Source: an uncultured Prevotella sp.
GTDB taxonomy: Bacteria; Bacteroidota; Bacteroidia; Bacteroidales; Bacteroidaceae
Assembly: GCA_945869265.1 (NCBI GenBank)
Contig: CAMBOI010000007.1
Location: 6,985 to 70,984 of the forward strand
Reading direction: 5' to 3'
DNA: 64,000 nucleotides
Shown: positions 46,802-55,700 of the stretch, piece after piece
How the letters are laid out: each line of letters begins with the position of its first letter
Position numbering within the stretch: position 1 is the stretch's first letter
The notes under the pieces: model-generated
Databases searched by the model: none
What the model was told of the DNA's origin: nothing
The model's input: the letters and a program-made list of their open reading frames with translations, nothing else
Position numbers and translations under genes: made by a program

Positions 46802-48301
46802 ATGAAAAAGAAAAACATTCAGACCCCCGTTTTATCAATAGTCATTGCTGCATGTATGATATCTCACCAGCAAAATGCGCGGGCCGGAGAAAATCCGTCC
46901 CTGCAAAATGATTCCGTGCCTTATGTAACCATGCCGGACGTTTCCCCTAAACTCACCACAGGATATGGAAATCCCCTGCTGGATTTTATGTTTACAGCGG
47001 ATCCAACTGCAGTAGAATATAAAGGCAGACTTTATGTGTACGCAACAAACGATCAGCAACAATATGAGACAATAGGCGGTTACGGAAAAAACTCCTACGA
47101 ATACATCAAATCTCTGGTGATGATGTCTACCGATGACATGACAAACTGGACCTATCACGGAATTATTAAAACAGACAGCATCGCCCCATGGATAAAAACA
47201 TCATGGGCACCGTCAGTCACAAAACGTGAGGAAGCGGACGGCAAGACTCACTTCTACCTCTATTTCTCCAATAGCGGGGATGGAACCGGAGTGCTGACAT
47301 CCACATCCCCCATAGGACCGTGGTCAAGCCCGCTGAATCATAGTTTGGTAGATACAAACACTCCCGGCATAGCAGGAGAATGCAAAGCCGCTTTCGATCC
47401 GGGTGTAGTCATCGATGACAAAGGAAAAGGTTGGCTGACAGTAGGCGGAGGATGTGCTCGCATTATGCGTTTGGGAAAAGACATGATTAGTGTGGATGGC
47501 CCGATAACCCCCATCAAGGCTCCCCATCATTTCGAAGCTAACGAATTAAACTACATCAACGACACATACGTTTATACTTATAACATAGATTGGCAAGATT
47601 TTAGCGACTGGCCTCTCCCGACAGAGAAACCAACCATCTGTTGCATGAGTTACATGACTAGCAAGACTCCGCAGGTAAGCGAAAGTTGGCAATACCAGCA
47701 CAACTATATGAAAAACCCTGGAGAATATGGATTTGACTTCAGCAACAATCATACACATTTGCACAAATACCGCGGGAAATGGTATGTAATCTATCACACA
47801 ATGAGTTTGCAACATAGTTTCAATACAACAGCTGGTTTTCGTAATGTTTGTGTCGATGAAATACAAATTGACGAAAATACTGTGAACATCCACATGGGTA
47901 ATCAGACTCTGAAAGGCGTAAAACAGATACAGCCTATGAATCCGTTCATCATCCAGCAGGCCGAAACCACAGCAGCCACACAAGGCGTCAAGTTCACAAA
48001 TGGAAAAAGCATCGGGGACATGTATGCCGTTACCGTTCCCAACAAGACTGGCATCATTGCTGTCAGAGGTGTGGAATTCAACAAAGTACCTTCCAGTCTG
48101 GAAATTAAGGCATCCGGAAACGGAATCATAGAAGTCCGCCGGGATAGGCCGGACGGAGAAGTCATAGCTTCAATCAAAGTCGGTACCCCGCAAATGAAAC
48201 TCATAGAATCCCAACTTCAAAAGAATATGACAGGCACAATGGACCTCTGTTTTATCCTGAAAGGAAACAATATCACATTCGACGAATGGCAGTTCAAATG
48301 A
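46802..48301 (+). CDS. glycoside hydrolase family 43 with C-terminal carbohydrate-binding module
   Basis: Signal peptide. GNPLLDFMFTADPTAVEYKGRLYVYATND (GH43 N-terminal catalytic Asp context), WAPSV, and a CBM6-like C-terminal ~130 aa. Confidence 0.8.
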   Translation: MKKKNIQTPVLSIVIAACMISHQQNARAGENPSLQNDSVPYVTMPDVSPKLTTGYGNPLLDFMFTADPTAVEYKGRLYVYATNDQQQYETIGGYGKNSYEYIKSLVMMSTDDMTNWTYHGIIKTDSIAPWIKTSWAPSVTKREEADGKTHFYLYFSNSGDGTGVLTSTSPIGPWSSPLNHSLVDTNTPGIAGECKAAFDPGVVIDDKGKGWLTVGGGCARIMRLGKDMISVDGPITPIKAPHHFEANELNYINDTYVYTYNIDWQDFSDWPLPTEKPTICCMSYMTSKTPQVSESWQYQHNYMKNPGEYGFDFSNNHTHLHKYRGKWYVIYHTMSLQHSFNTTAGFRNVCVDEIQIDENTVNIHMGNQTLKGVKQIQPMNPFIIQQAETTAATQGVKFTNGKSIGDMYAVTVPNKTGIIAVRGVEFNKVPSSLEIKASGNGIIEVRRDRPDGEVIASIKVGTPQMKLIESQLQKNMTGTMDLCFILKGNNITFDEWQFK

Positions 48302-48347
48302 TACCTTCCAGATGACAAGGAGGGTGCATTTAAATTTGCATGTTACA

Positions 48348-48438
48348 CATGTTGTGTCATGCCATTCGTCACATATCCTTGCTTTCTGTCCCAATTATTT
48401 GGTATATTATCATATTTACACTACCTTTGCAGTCGCAA
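48348..48438 (+). promoter_or_regulatory. promoter cassette R, copy 2 (full length)
   Basis: CCATTCGTCACATATCC (48362-78), TGTCCCA (48387-93), -33 TTTG (48398-401), -7 TAccTTTG (48422-29). ATG 48451 lies 21 nt downstream. Confidence 0.7.
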
Positions 48439-48450
48439 TAATAATATTGA

Positions 48451-48969
48451 ATGATGAAGACAGAAAGAATAACCCTTCGTCCTTGGCTTGACACTGATGC
48501 CAAGGCTTTGTATAAATACGCTCGCGACCCGGAGGTGGGGCCGCGAGCAGGTTGGCCTCCTCATTTTTCTGAGGAGGAGAGCCTGGAAATAATTCGCACC
48601 GTGTTTAACAATCCCACCACATGGGCTATCGTATGGAATGAGACTGGCGAGGCAATAGGAGCCATGGGCTACGGTCCGTCGTGCGAATGCTCTCTCCCTG
48701 CTCGGGAAGGTGAACCCACGGTGGGCTATTGGGTGGGCAAACCGTATTGGGACAAGGGTATCTGCACAGAGGCTCTTCGACTGATGATAACGCATATCCG
48801 CAATACAACTGACATCAAGTCTCTCATCAGCGGACATTTCATCAGCAACCCAGCTTCGGGACGAGTGATGGAGAAGTGTGGATTCATGCCAACTGGCGAA
48901 ACTGCCTTTGACAATAAACTCTATCAAGGTGCTGACAAACCGATAAGGGTAATGAGATTGACTTTTTAA
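48451..48969 (+). CDS. GNAT family N-acetyltransferase (RimJ/RimL-like)
   Basis: TERITLRPWLDTDAKALYKYARDPEVG...GYWVGKPYWDKGICTEA. Confidence 0.8.
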   Translation: MMKTERITLRPWLDTDAKALYKYARDPEVGPRAGWPPHFSEEESLEIIRTVFNNPTTWAIVWNETGEAIGAMGYGPSCECSLPAREGEPTVGYWVGKPYWDKGICTEALRLMITHIRNTTDIKSLISGHFISNPASGRVMEKCGFMPTGETAFDNKLYQGADKPIRVMRLTF

Positions 48970-49081
48970 TAAAAAAACAACATGAGTACTATGGTTTCAT
49001 ATGGCTTCCAAAGGACATAGAATGGTACAAGGGCAATATCTTGGCAATATTCGATGAAATAATCTAATTTTAATAAATGAA

Positions 49082-49594
49082 ATGACGATAATAATAATTA
49101 TTATTCTTATGTTTTGTTCATTGTCAACTAATGCACAAAACAATTATCCCAAGGCAGCAACTCCGGAAATGGAGTTTGTCATGCAACTTAATGTCACACT
49201 TGGCGAAGCCTATACAGTGGGCGAGACACAGAGCGGGAAACGCCATGTTATACCCATTACAGGTGGCACATTTGAGGGACCGCTCCTTCACGGCACTATC
49301 ATCAATGGTGGAGCAGACTACCAGTTGGTCAGTGCTGATGGAAAACGCACAACACTTGAGGCCATATATTCAATTATGACCCATGATGGGGTGTATATCC
49401 ACGTGCGCAATCAAGGCATTGTATATTCCGGCAAGGATGCTTCGGGCAATGACTCTTTTTATTTCAAGGCAGCACCAAAGTTTGAGGCTCCTGTCGACAG
49501 CAAGTATTCATGGCTCAACAACGCCATATATGTCTGCGCCCCATCATTCGGAGCACCTGGTACCATTACGCTTGATGTATGGAGAGTAAAATAA
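49082..49594 (+). CDS. DUF3237-like beta-barrel protein with signal peptide
   Basis: HVIPITGGTFEGPLLHGTIINGGADYQLVSADG resembles the DUF3237/UPF0311 family. Confidence 0.6.
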   Translation: MTIIIIIILMFCSLSTNAQNNYPKAATPEMEFVMQLNVTLGEAYTVGETQSGKRHVIPITGGTFEGPLLHGTIINGGADYQLVSADGKRTTLEAIYSIMTHDGVYIHVRNQGIVYSGKDASGNDSFYFKAAPKFEAPVDSKYSWLNNAIYVCAPSFGAPGTITLDVWRVK

Positions 49595-49610
49595 TCTTTT
49601 ATAACAAAGA

Positions 49611-50201
49611 ATGAAAACAAAGAAATTGCTGATTTTAAATGCAAGTCCACGAAAGAAAGGCAACATCTCGCAGATGGTGACAGAGATGGCCAATGAGGCG
49701 ATGTCTCATGGTGTGGATGTCGATGTGATTGAGGTGCAGAAACTCAATGTACGACCTTGTATGGCTTGTATGCAATGCAGGGCAAAGGGGTTCTGTGTAT
49801 TGCCTGACGATGACTCACAGCGCATATTGCAACTAATAGTGGATTGCGATGCGATGGTGATTGCCGCCCCATGCTATTGGGGTAATATCCCCGGAACTCT
49901 AAAGTTGCTATTCGATCGTATAGTATATGGAATGATGGATGAGAGTGCCCGTGGATTCCCCAAACCTCTTCACAAGGGTAAGCGTTGCGTATTGGTAAGT
50001 ACATCAACAACTCCATGGCCTCTGAACATCCTTATGAATCAGAGTCGTGGAGCGATAAGGGCATTGAGGGAAATATGTCATTATAGCGGTTTCAAGATTG
50101 TGGCTACGATAGAAAAGGGTGGCACCCGGCGACGTACCATACTTACTGATAGCGAAACAAAAAAATGTCGCAAAGCAGTGAGAAAATTGCTGATAGATTA
50201 A
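49611..50201 (+). CDS. flavodoxin-like NAD(P)H-dependent FMN reductase family protein
   Basis: KLLILNASPRKKGN (FMN phosphate loop), Cys cluster CMACMQC..C, and AAPCYWGNIPG. Confidence 0.7.
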   Translation: MKTKKLLILNASPRKKGNISQMVTEMANEAMSHGVDVDVIEVQKLNVRPCMACMQCRAKGFCVLPDDDSQRILQLIVDCDAMVIAAPCYWGNIPGTLKLLFDRIVYGMMDESARGFPKPLHKGKRCVLVSTSTTPWPLNILMNQSRGAIRALREICHYSGFKIVATIEKGGTRRRTILTDSETKKCRKAVRKLLID

Positions 50202-50470
50202 TCATTTAAAAATAATATAATTATGGTAATTACATTAATATTATCGCTCGTGTTGGCTTTCTTTGCATCTGTATGTTAGCGTGAGATTATGACACGCTGT
50301 GATTGTTTACCCTCTTTTGAAATGCTCCTGAATTGTCTGGAAAACGATGAACAGAGTGGGGACAACGAAGAGCAGCTGTGGAAGGCGAGTTCTCAACAGA
50401 GGATGTCTGCAAGGCAGTTGAGGAGATAGGATTTACCTGCGCATTGCAATGATAGAACTGCATTAAGACA

Positions 50471-50514
50471 AAACAAAAAAAGTAAGAGGGTGGTGCAAAT
50501 TATGCATCACCCTC
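50471..50514 (-). terminator. rho-independent terminator of the metallophosphoesterase gene
   Basis: gagggtggtgca (50486-50497) and tgcatcaccctc (50503-50514) form a 12-bp stem with 1 mismatch. On the minus strand it is followed by ttactttttttgtttt. Confidence 0.7.
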
Positions 50515-50543
50515 AAAAAGCAAATCTGAAAAACACGATTATT

Positions 50544-51524
50544 TTATTTCTTTGTTTTCTCCACCTTGTGGATAACCTCACCCTTCTTGTCAATCATATA
50601 CAAGTTGAGCTGTTTCTTTGTTGCACTGACAACTGAGAATCCCTCTGCGGGAGAGCAGAAGATAGTGCCTTCAGTAGGATTGACCTTGCGTGCAAGCGAT
50701 GCAGATGAGTTGACAACATAGTCGATACCATCGTTGCCACGGCGAATGTGTTGGAAGTTGTGGATATGTCCGCATACATACATTGCCACCTTTGACTTGT
50801 AACGCTGAAGGATGGGGAGTAATCTCTCCTGCATATCCTTTTGCTCGATGAGGTCCTTTTTAGTATCAGCATACATAGGATGATGACCTGCTACAATTAC
50901 CCAATCCTCTGTTGCCTCATTTAGTGTCTTGTCTATCCATTTCAGTTGGGCGTCGATGTCCTGTGAGTCAACATCAGGATAGGTGCTGCTGTTATGGTAG
51001 CGGTTGATGAGCGGGGTGGTGTCGATGAGAACAAGTCGTATGCTCACACCGTTGTCATCATATACCTTAGTATAATATCTGCCTTCCATTTCCCATCTGC
51101 GTGAAATGTTTCGGTAGTCGAGCACAGCCTGGGTATTTCCACGATATTCATGATTACCAAGAACGGGCAACCATGTTATCATGAGTTCGGGATGAGAATA
51201 GATAAGCTCGTAGTTGGTCATCCAAAGAGGGTCCTGAGTTGATACTACACCCTCAAAATGATGAACATCACCGGCAGCTACAACAGCCTCCGGACCGATG
51301 GTTTCCCCCATTACGCCCATAAGTTCGGCTATAGTTTTCTGCTCATAGTAGCCATTGCGTCCGAGGTCGTTGGCAATGAACAAGTTAACATCGCCCTTTA
51401 GTGCTTTCCATTGCTCTGGAGTTTGGGCATTTGCAGTAATGTTTAATAATAACGAAGCTGCTGTCACTAAAAGGATAATCAGCATGTTGCGCTTTGCGCT
51501 TTTCAAGTCTAATGTTGTATCCAT
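50544..51524 (-). CDS. secreted calcineurin-like metallophosphoesterase (purple acid phosphatase-like)
   Basis: Motifs AAGDVHHF, LGNHEY, VAGHHPMY, CGHIHNF. Signal peptide. A -7 box TAccTTTG is on the minus strand at 51551-51558. Confidence 0.8.
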   Translation of the reverse strand: MDTTLDLKSAKRNMLIILLVTAASLLLNITANAQTPEQWKALKGDVNLFIANDLGRNGYYEQKTIAELMGVMGETIGPEAVVAAGDVHHFEGVVSTQDPLWMTNYELIYSHPELMITWLPVLGNHEYRGNTQAVLDYRNISRRWEMEGRYYTKVYDDNGVSIRLVLIDTTPLINRYHNSSTYPDVDSQDIDAQLKWIDKTLNEATEDWVIVAGHHPMYADTKKDLIEQKDMQERLLPILQRYKSKVAMYVCGHIHNFQHIRRGNDGIDYVVNSSASLARKVNPTEGTIFCSPAEGFSVVSATKKQLNLYMIDKKGEVIHKVEKTKK

Positions 51525-51619
51525 ATACTAAATATTATTGTTTTTCGGTGCAAAGGTACGGGTATTGCTTTACAACACGGTGACAAGTGTTTTAAGATAT
51601 GGATACAATGATGTTACAA

Positions 51620-51979
51620 TCATTTTACATCACTTTCTTCCCACTGCTTCAATGCCTCCCGCCAGTCGGTGGCACCATCGGCTATAGCCTGCTTCTCTCG
51701 CTCTGCCTCGTCGCGGGCCTTGTCGCGTGCGCGCTTTTCCTTCATGGCGGCAATAGTGGCATCGTCGAGAATCTGTATGGCTCCTCGTTTGATTGCCTCG
51801 TGGAGTTCTTCCTCGCCGAATGCCTTGCCTTGCACGTTGAAGTCGGAGATATTAAACTCAAAGTTCACTCTGAGTTGATGTCTTATCATCTTCTGCTGGA
51901 ATCTCGTACCTGCGTTTTTCCTGCGCAACAACTTGCCGATGATGTCTATTTCATGTTGTGAGAACTTGTTTCTTCCCAT
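51620..51979 (-). CDS. hypothetical protein (119 aa, charged C-terminal helix)
   Basis: Start set to ATG 51979 (MGRNKFSQHEID), preceded on the minus strand by TAacTTTG. No family recognised. Confidence 0.45.
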   Translation of the reverse strand: MGRNKFSQHEIDIIGKLLRRKNAGTRFQQKMIRHQLRVNFEFNISDFNVQGKAFGEEELHEAIKRGAIQILDDATIAAMKEKRARDKARDEAEREKQAIADGATDWREALKQWEESDVK

Positions 51980-52052
51980 AATGCGGTATTCTTTGTTTTT
52001 AGCGGCAAAGTTACTACTTTTTTTCGTAATTACCAATGAATTGCCGAAAAAG

Positions 52053-53330
52053 TTATTTGCCTGAGCCCGTAAACTGTCCCATGAAGAGGATGGCACCTGT
52101 GTAGTTGTCCTGAATCATATAGACGAAGGGATGGTCGCAATGGAAATCCACACGGCGGGGTTCATCCGGACGTAAGGCAGTGAGTTTCACCATTCCCAGA
52201 GTGACGGCAGCTGCCTTTGTGCCCTCTTCGCTCACTTCAATCTTGGCTTTCTGAAGCATCTCCGACACAAACACATTGCCATTGGCAAAGGATGAGAAGT
52301 CGGCACGTGAGGCATCAAACATAGAGGGTGCGCCCAATTGTGATATGATGTCCTTCAGCGAGAGTTTCATCTCGGTGGTAAAGCGGGGGAGTTTGAGGTC
52401 AACGAGACATTCCTCCATATTGCGGCGGAGCGAAGCGATGGAGTCGGCATTGAGAGCTTTGGTCACATCGGAGATAAACTTACCCTCATTTGGCAAGAGC
52501 ACTGTCATCGAATAAGCCCCCGAGCCATAGGGTAGGGTCACAGCCGAATATACATCGTTTGAAGTGTAGTAGTACTTCGCGTTGCGATGCATCATATCTA
52601 CATATTTTATATCGCGTGTATATCCGTTGAACTGCTCCTTCTTGGTGTTGTTCTTGTCAAACTTGCCTGTCCATGTGCCGTTGAAGTAGATGGCATTCAT
52701 GATGTATGCCACAGCCGAAGGCTCCACCTGGTCGATGATGGATGGAATCATGTTGTCGGTATGCTCACTACACCAACTGTTGATGCGCTTGGTGCTCTCG
52801 GGATTGTTGAAGTCGAGGGCTTCCACTGCCCCCTGATAACTGTCGGCAATGGTTGAGGCATATTTCTTCTTGAGCTGAAACTCCTTGTTGAGGGCGATAT
52901 AGTTGGCGATGTTGAGGGTGGTCTGCTTGTCGGCAGTCTTTGCCCTTCGCATGAGATAGGCATAGAAGGCGTTCATCTCGTCGATGTCAAAGTCCTTGGC
53001 ACCGATAGTAGCCATAATCTCCTCGCGTGTTGAGGCTTCCGCTCCGTTGGCAAGCATCGACATGAGATAAGTGACGCTCATTGGTGAGATTACACTCGAA
53101 CCAAGGCCTTTCACCTCGGAGAAGAGGTTGAGGGCAAACTGGTTGTTGCGCTTCACGAGGTCGTACTGTGCATCTGAGATTACCATGAACTCAGGGTCGA
53201 TGTCATCTTCTTCTGTCATACTTGTCATATTATTACTCTTGTTATCACTAATTTTCTTTGTTGAACTGCAAGCCGAAAAGGTGAGCAGTACAGTTGCCAT
53301 CATGGCAATGTTCTGGAATGTCTTCTTCAT
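52053..53330 (-). CDS. serpin-family protease inhibitor, lipoprotein
   Basis: Lipobox LLTFSAC. Serpin hinge/RCL EEGTKAAAVTLGMVKLTALRP followed by FHCDHPFVYMIQDNYTGAILFMGQF. Confidence 0.85.
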   Translation of the reverse strand: MKKTFQNIAMMATVLLTFSACSSTKKISDNKSNNMTSMTEEDDIDPEFMVISDAQYDLVKRNNQFALNLFSEVKGLGSSVISPMSVTYLMSMLANGAEASTREEIMATIGAKDFDIDEMNAFYAYLMRRAKTADKQTTLNIANYIALNKEFQLKKKYASTIADSYQGAVEALDFNNPESTKRINSWCSEHTDNMIPSIIDQVEPSAVAYIMNAIYFNGTWTGKFDKNNTKKEQFNGYTRDIKYVDMMHRNAKYYYTSNDVYSAVTLPYGSGAYSMTVLLPNEGKFISDVTKALNADSIASLRRNMEECLVDLKLPRFTTEMKLSLKDIISQLGAPSMFDASRADFSSFANGNVFVSEMLQKAKIEVSEEGTKAAAVTLGMVKLTALRPDEPRRVDFHCDHPFVYMIQDNYTGAILFMGQFTGSGK

Positions 53331-53516
53331 ATGTCTTATCTTTTATGTATCTATGTCATAAATGCTTATTAAGCGTTTTCCTTGCATGGAAATCCAATAA
53401 ATTCAGTTCTTTTAACTAAAAACACAAGTGTTTCTGTGTTTAATATATAATAAGGTGAAATACAAAATACCTACTTTTGGGTATGCCAAAAATTTTAGGG
53501 AATGAAATAATCTGAT

Positions 53517-53524
53517 TACCTTTG
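53517..53524 (+). promoter_or_regulatory. -7 promoter box TAccTTTG
   Basis: gatTACCTTTGcagcc lies 40-58 nt upstream of the candidate ATGs. Confidence 0.5.
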
Positions 53525-53547
53525 CAGCCGGAAAAAAGAGAGTAATT

Positions 53548-53583
53548 GAAAAGAAGAGAAAGAATGAAAAGAAGAGAAAGAAT
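53548..53583 (+). repeat. perfect 18-bp tandem duplication gaaaagaagagaaagaat x2 (third partial unit follows)
   Basis: Units are at 53548-53565 and 53566-53583. Each ends in the AT of an ATG, creating in-frame starts at 53564 and 53582. Confidence 0.9.
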
Positions 53584-55681
53584 GAAAATAAGTGTGTTTA
53601 TTAAGGGCGTAGTGGGCGTGATGACTTTATGCCCACTGCCTGTTTTTGCCTCGATGCAGGCGGATGAAGAGAATAATGTGATAGAGAAAGAAAATGAGCA
53701 CGAACACGATATATTCAAGACCGTAGGACTTGACGAGGTTGTGGTGTCGGCAAACAAGAATACGGTGAAACGCAAGGATGCACCGGTTGTGGTGAACGTG
53801 ATAAGCGCCCGCTTGTTTGAACAGGTGAATGCCCCCGACCTTGCCAAAAGCTTGTCCTATCAGTCGGGATTGAGAGTGGAGAACAATTGTCAGAACTGCG
53901 GATTTCCACAGGTGAGAATCAACGGACTCGAAGGTCCTTATTCACAAATACTTATTAATAGCCGCCCGGTGGTGAGTTCGCTTGAGGGAGTATATGGACT
54001 CGAACAGATACCTGCCTCAATGGTGGAACGTGTAGAAGTGGTGAGGGGAGGAGGCTCGGCTCTTTTCGGTGCTAATGCCGTGGGTGGTACCATTAATATC
54101 ATCACCAAGGACCCAAAGAGCAACTCCTTTCAGGTGGGCAACACACTGTCGCTCATAGGCGGAAGTGCATGGGAAGACAATATGAGTGCCAATGCTTCGA
54201 TGGTGGGGCATGACAATGATTATGGTATTGCCTTCTATCAGTCATACCGCAACCGCCAACCCTACGATCACGATGGCGATGGATTCTCGGAGATTGGTAA
54301 ACTGTCGTCGCACACCCTCGGTCTGAGGGGATTCTATCGTCCGTCGCAGTTTACGCGTCTCGGTATAGAATACCACACCACAAATGAGTTCCGCCGCGGA
54401 GGTAATAAGTTTGACCTCGAACCGCATCTCACCGACATCACCGAACAGACACGACATATAATTAATAGTGGTGGATTGAATTATGACATCGCATGGAAAG
54501 AATGGGCGCACAAGGTGTCGCTCTTCTCGTCGGTGCAGCATATCGACCGCAACAGTTATTATGGAGCGCAACAAGACCCCGATGCCTACGGCAAGACCAA
54601 GGACTTGACATACGTGGGTGGAGCGACATATACAGGTAAATTCAGCAGTATGCTGTTCGCCCCGGGAACCCTTACTGCTGGTGTGGAATATCAATACAAC
54701 TCCCTTCATGATATCATGACGGGATATAATCGTGACCTCAAGCAGGACGTGAAGATAGGAAGTCTTTATGTCCAAGGGGAATGGAATAATAATAAGGTGA
54801 CATTACTTGCGGGATTGCGCCTCGACAGTCATAACCTCATCGACAACCCGATATTCAGTCCTCGTCTTAATATGATGTGGAAGCCTAAGGATAATGTGCA
54901 GGCTCGCCTTACATGGTCAACGGGATTCCGTGCTCCCCAGGCCTATGACGAGGACCTCCACGTGACGGCAGTGGGAGGCGAGGGAGTTATCATCCGTCTT
55001 GCCGACGGACTGAAGCCCGAGTATTCCAATAGTTTCAGCGGTTCGGTGGATTGGACTTTGTATAGCGGTCATTTTCAGTTTAATATCCTTGCCGAGGCTT
55101 TCCATACATCCCTTTCCGACGTGTTCTATCTGCAAAACATTGGTGTGGATGCGGATGGCAATACAGTGCAGGAGCGTCGCAATGGCAGTGGGGCAAAGGT
55201 GTATGGAGTCAACTTCGACGCCAAGGCGGCTCATGGTTCCAACTTCTTCGTTCAGGCTGGTCTCACCCTTCAGCGAAGCCGCTATAATGAGTTAACCACA
55301 TGGAGCGAAGACCCTGAGGTGGCTCCTGTGCGCGATATGCCTCGCACTCCCGATGTCTATGGCTACTTCACGATGAATATCCAACCAGTGAAACGTCTCG
55401 ACATATCGTTGTCGGGAATATATACCGGACGTATGCACGTGCCCCACTTTGGCGAGCAGGACGAGATGGTGCATACGCCCGATTTCGTAGAGTTGTCGTC
55501 CAAGATTGCATATACCTTCTCTCTTGGACATCATCTTAATATGCAAGTGAATGCCGGCATACAGAATATTCTGAATGCATTCCAGAAAGACCTCGACCGT
55601 GGCACATTTCGCGACTCGGGCTATTTCTATGGCCCAACCCAACCACGTACAGTATATGTCGGTTTCAAGGTCTCGATGTAA
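53582..55681 (+). CDS. TonB-dependent receptor
   Basis: Signal peptide MKISVFIKGVVGVMTLCPLPVFA, TonB-box-like DEVVVSA, plug (RVENNCQNCGFPQVRINGLEG), and a 22-strand-type barrel. An alternative start at 53564 adds MKRRER. Confidence 0.85.
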   Translation: MKISVFIKGVVGVMTLCPLPVFASMQADEENNVIEKENEHEHDIFKTVGLDEVVVSANKNTVKRKDAPVVVNVISARLFEQVNAPDLAKSLSYQSGLRVENNCQNCGFPQVRINGLEGPYSQILINSRPVVSSLEGVYGLEQIPASMVERVEVVRGGGSALFGANAVGGTINIITKDPKSNSFQVGNTLSLIGGSAWEDNMSANASMVGHDNDYGIAFYQSYRNRQPYDHDGDGFSEIGKLSSHTLGLRGFYRPSQFTRLGIEYHTTNEFRRGGNKFDLEPHLTDITEQTRHIINSGGLNYDIAWKEWAHKVSLFSSVQHIDRNSYYGAQQDPDAYGKTKDLTYVGGATYTGKFSSMLFAPGTLTAGVEYQYNSLHDIMTGYNRDLKQDVKIGSLYVQGEWNNNKVTLLAGLRLDSHNLIDNPIFSPRLNMMWKPKDNVQARLTWSTGFRAPQAYDEDLHVTAVGGEGVIIRLADGLKPEYSNSFSGSVDWTLYSGHFQFNILAEAFHTSLSDVFYLQNIGVDADGNTVQERRNGSGAKVYGVNFDAKAAHGSNFFVQAGLTLQRSRYNELTTWSEDPEVAPVRDMPRTPDVYGYFTMNIQPVKRLDISLSGIYTGRMHVPHFGEQDEMVHTPDFVELSSKIAYTFSLGHHLNMQVNAGIQNILNAFQKDLDRGTFRDSGYFYGPTQPRTVYVGFKVSM

Positions 55682-55700
55682 GTTAAGAAATTAAAAAATA

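Noticed and set aside
50369-50452. Short frame reading ...RRAAVEGEFSTEDVCKAVEEIGFTCALQ*, reminiscent of the C-terminal half of a heavy-metal-associated (HMA) domain.
   Set aside because: Only about 25 residues are present and a stop lies just upstream. The resemblance is weak and cannot be evaluated without a search. It may be a gene relic, but it is not supportable as a feature.
53440-53847. 135-aa minus-strand ORF over the TonB-dependent receptor start.
   Set aside because: It is an antisense shadow of the purine-rich leader and signal-peptide region. Its Ser/Thr/Phe-rich sequence is meaningless.
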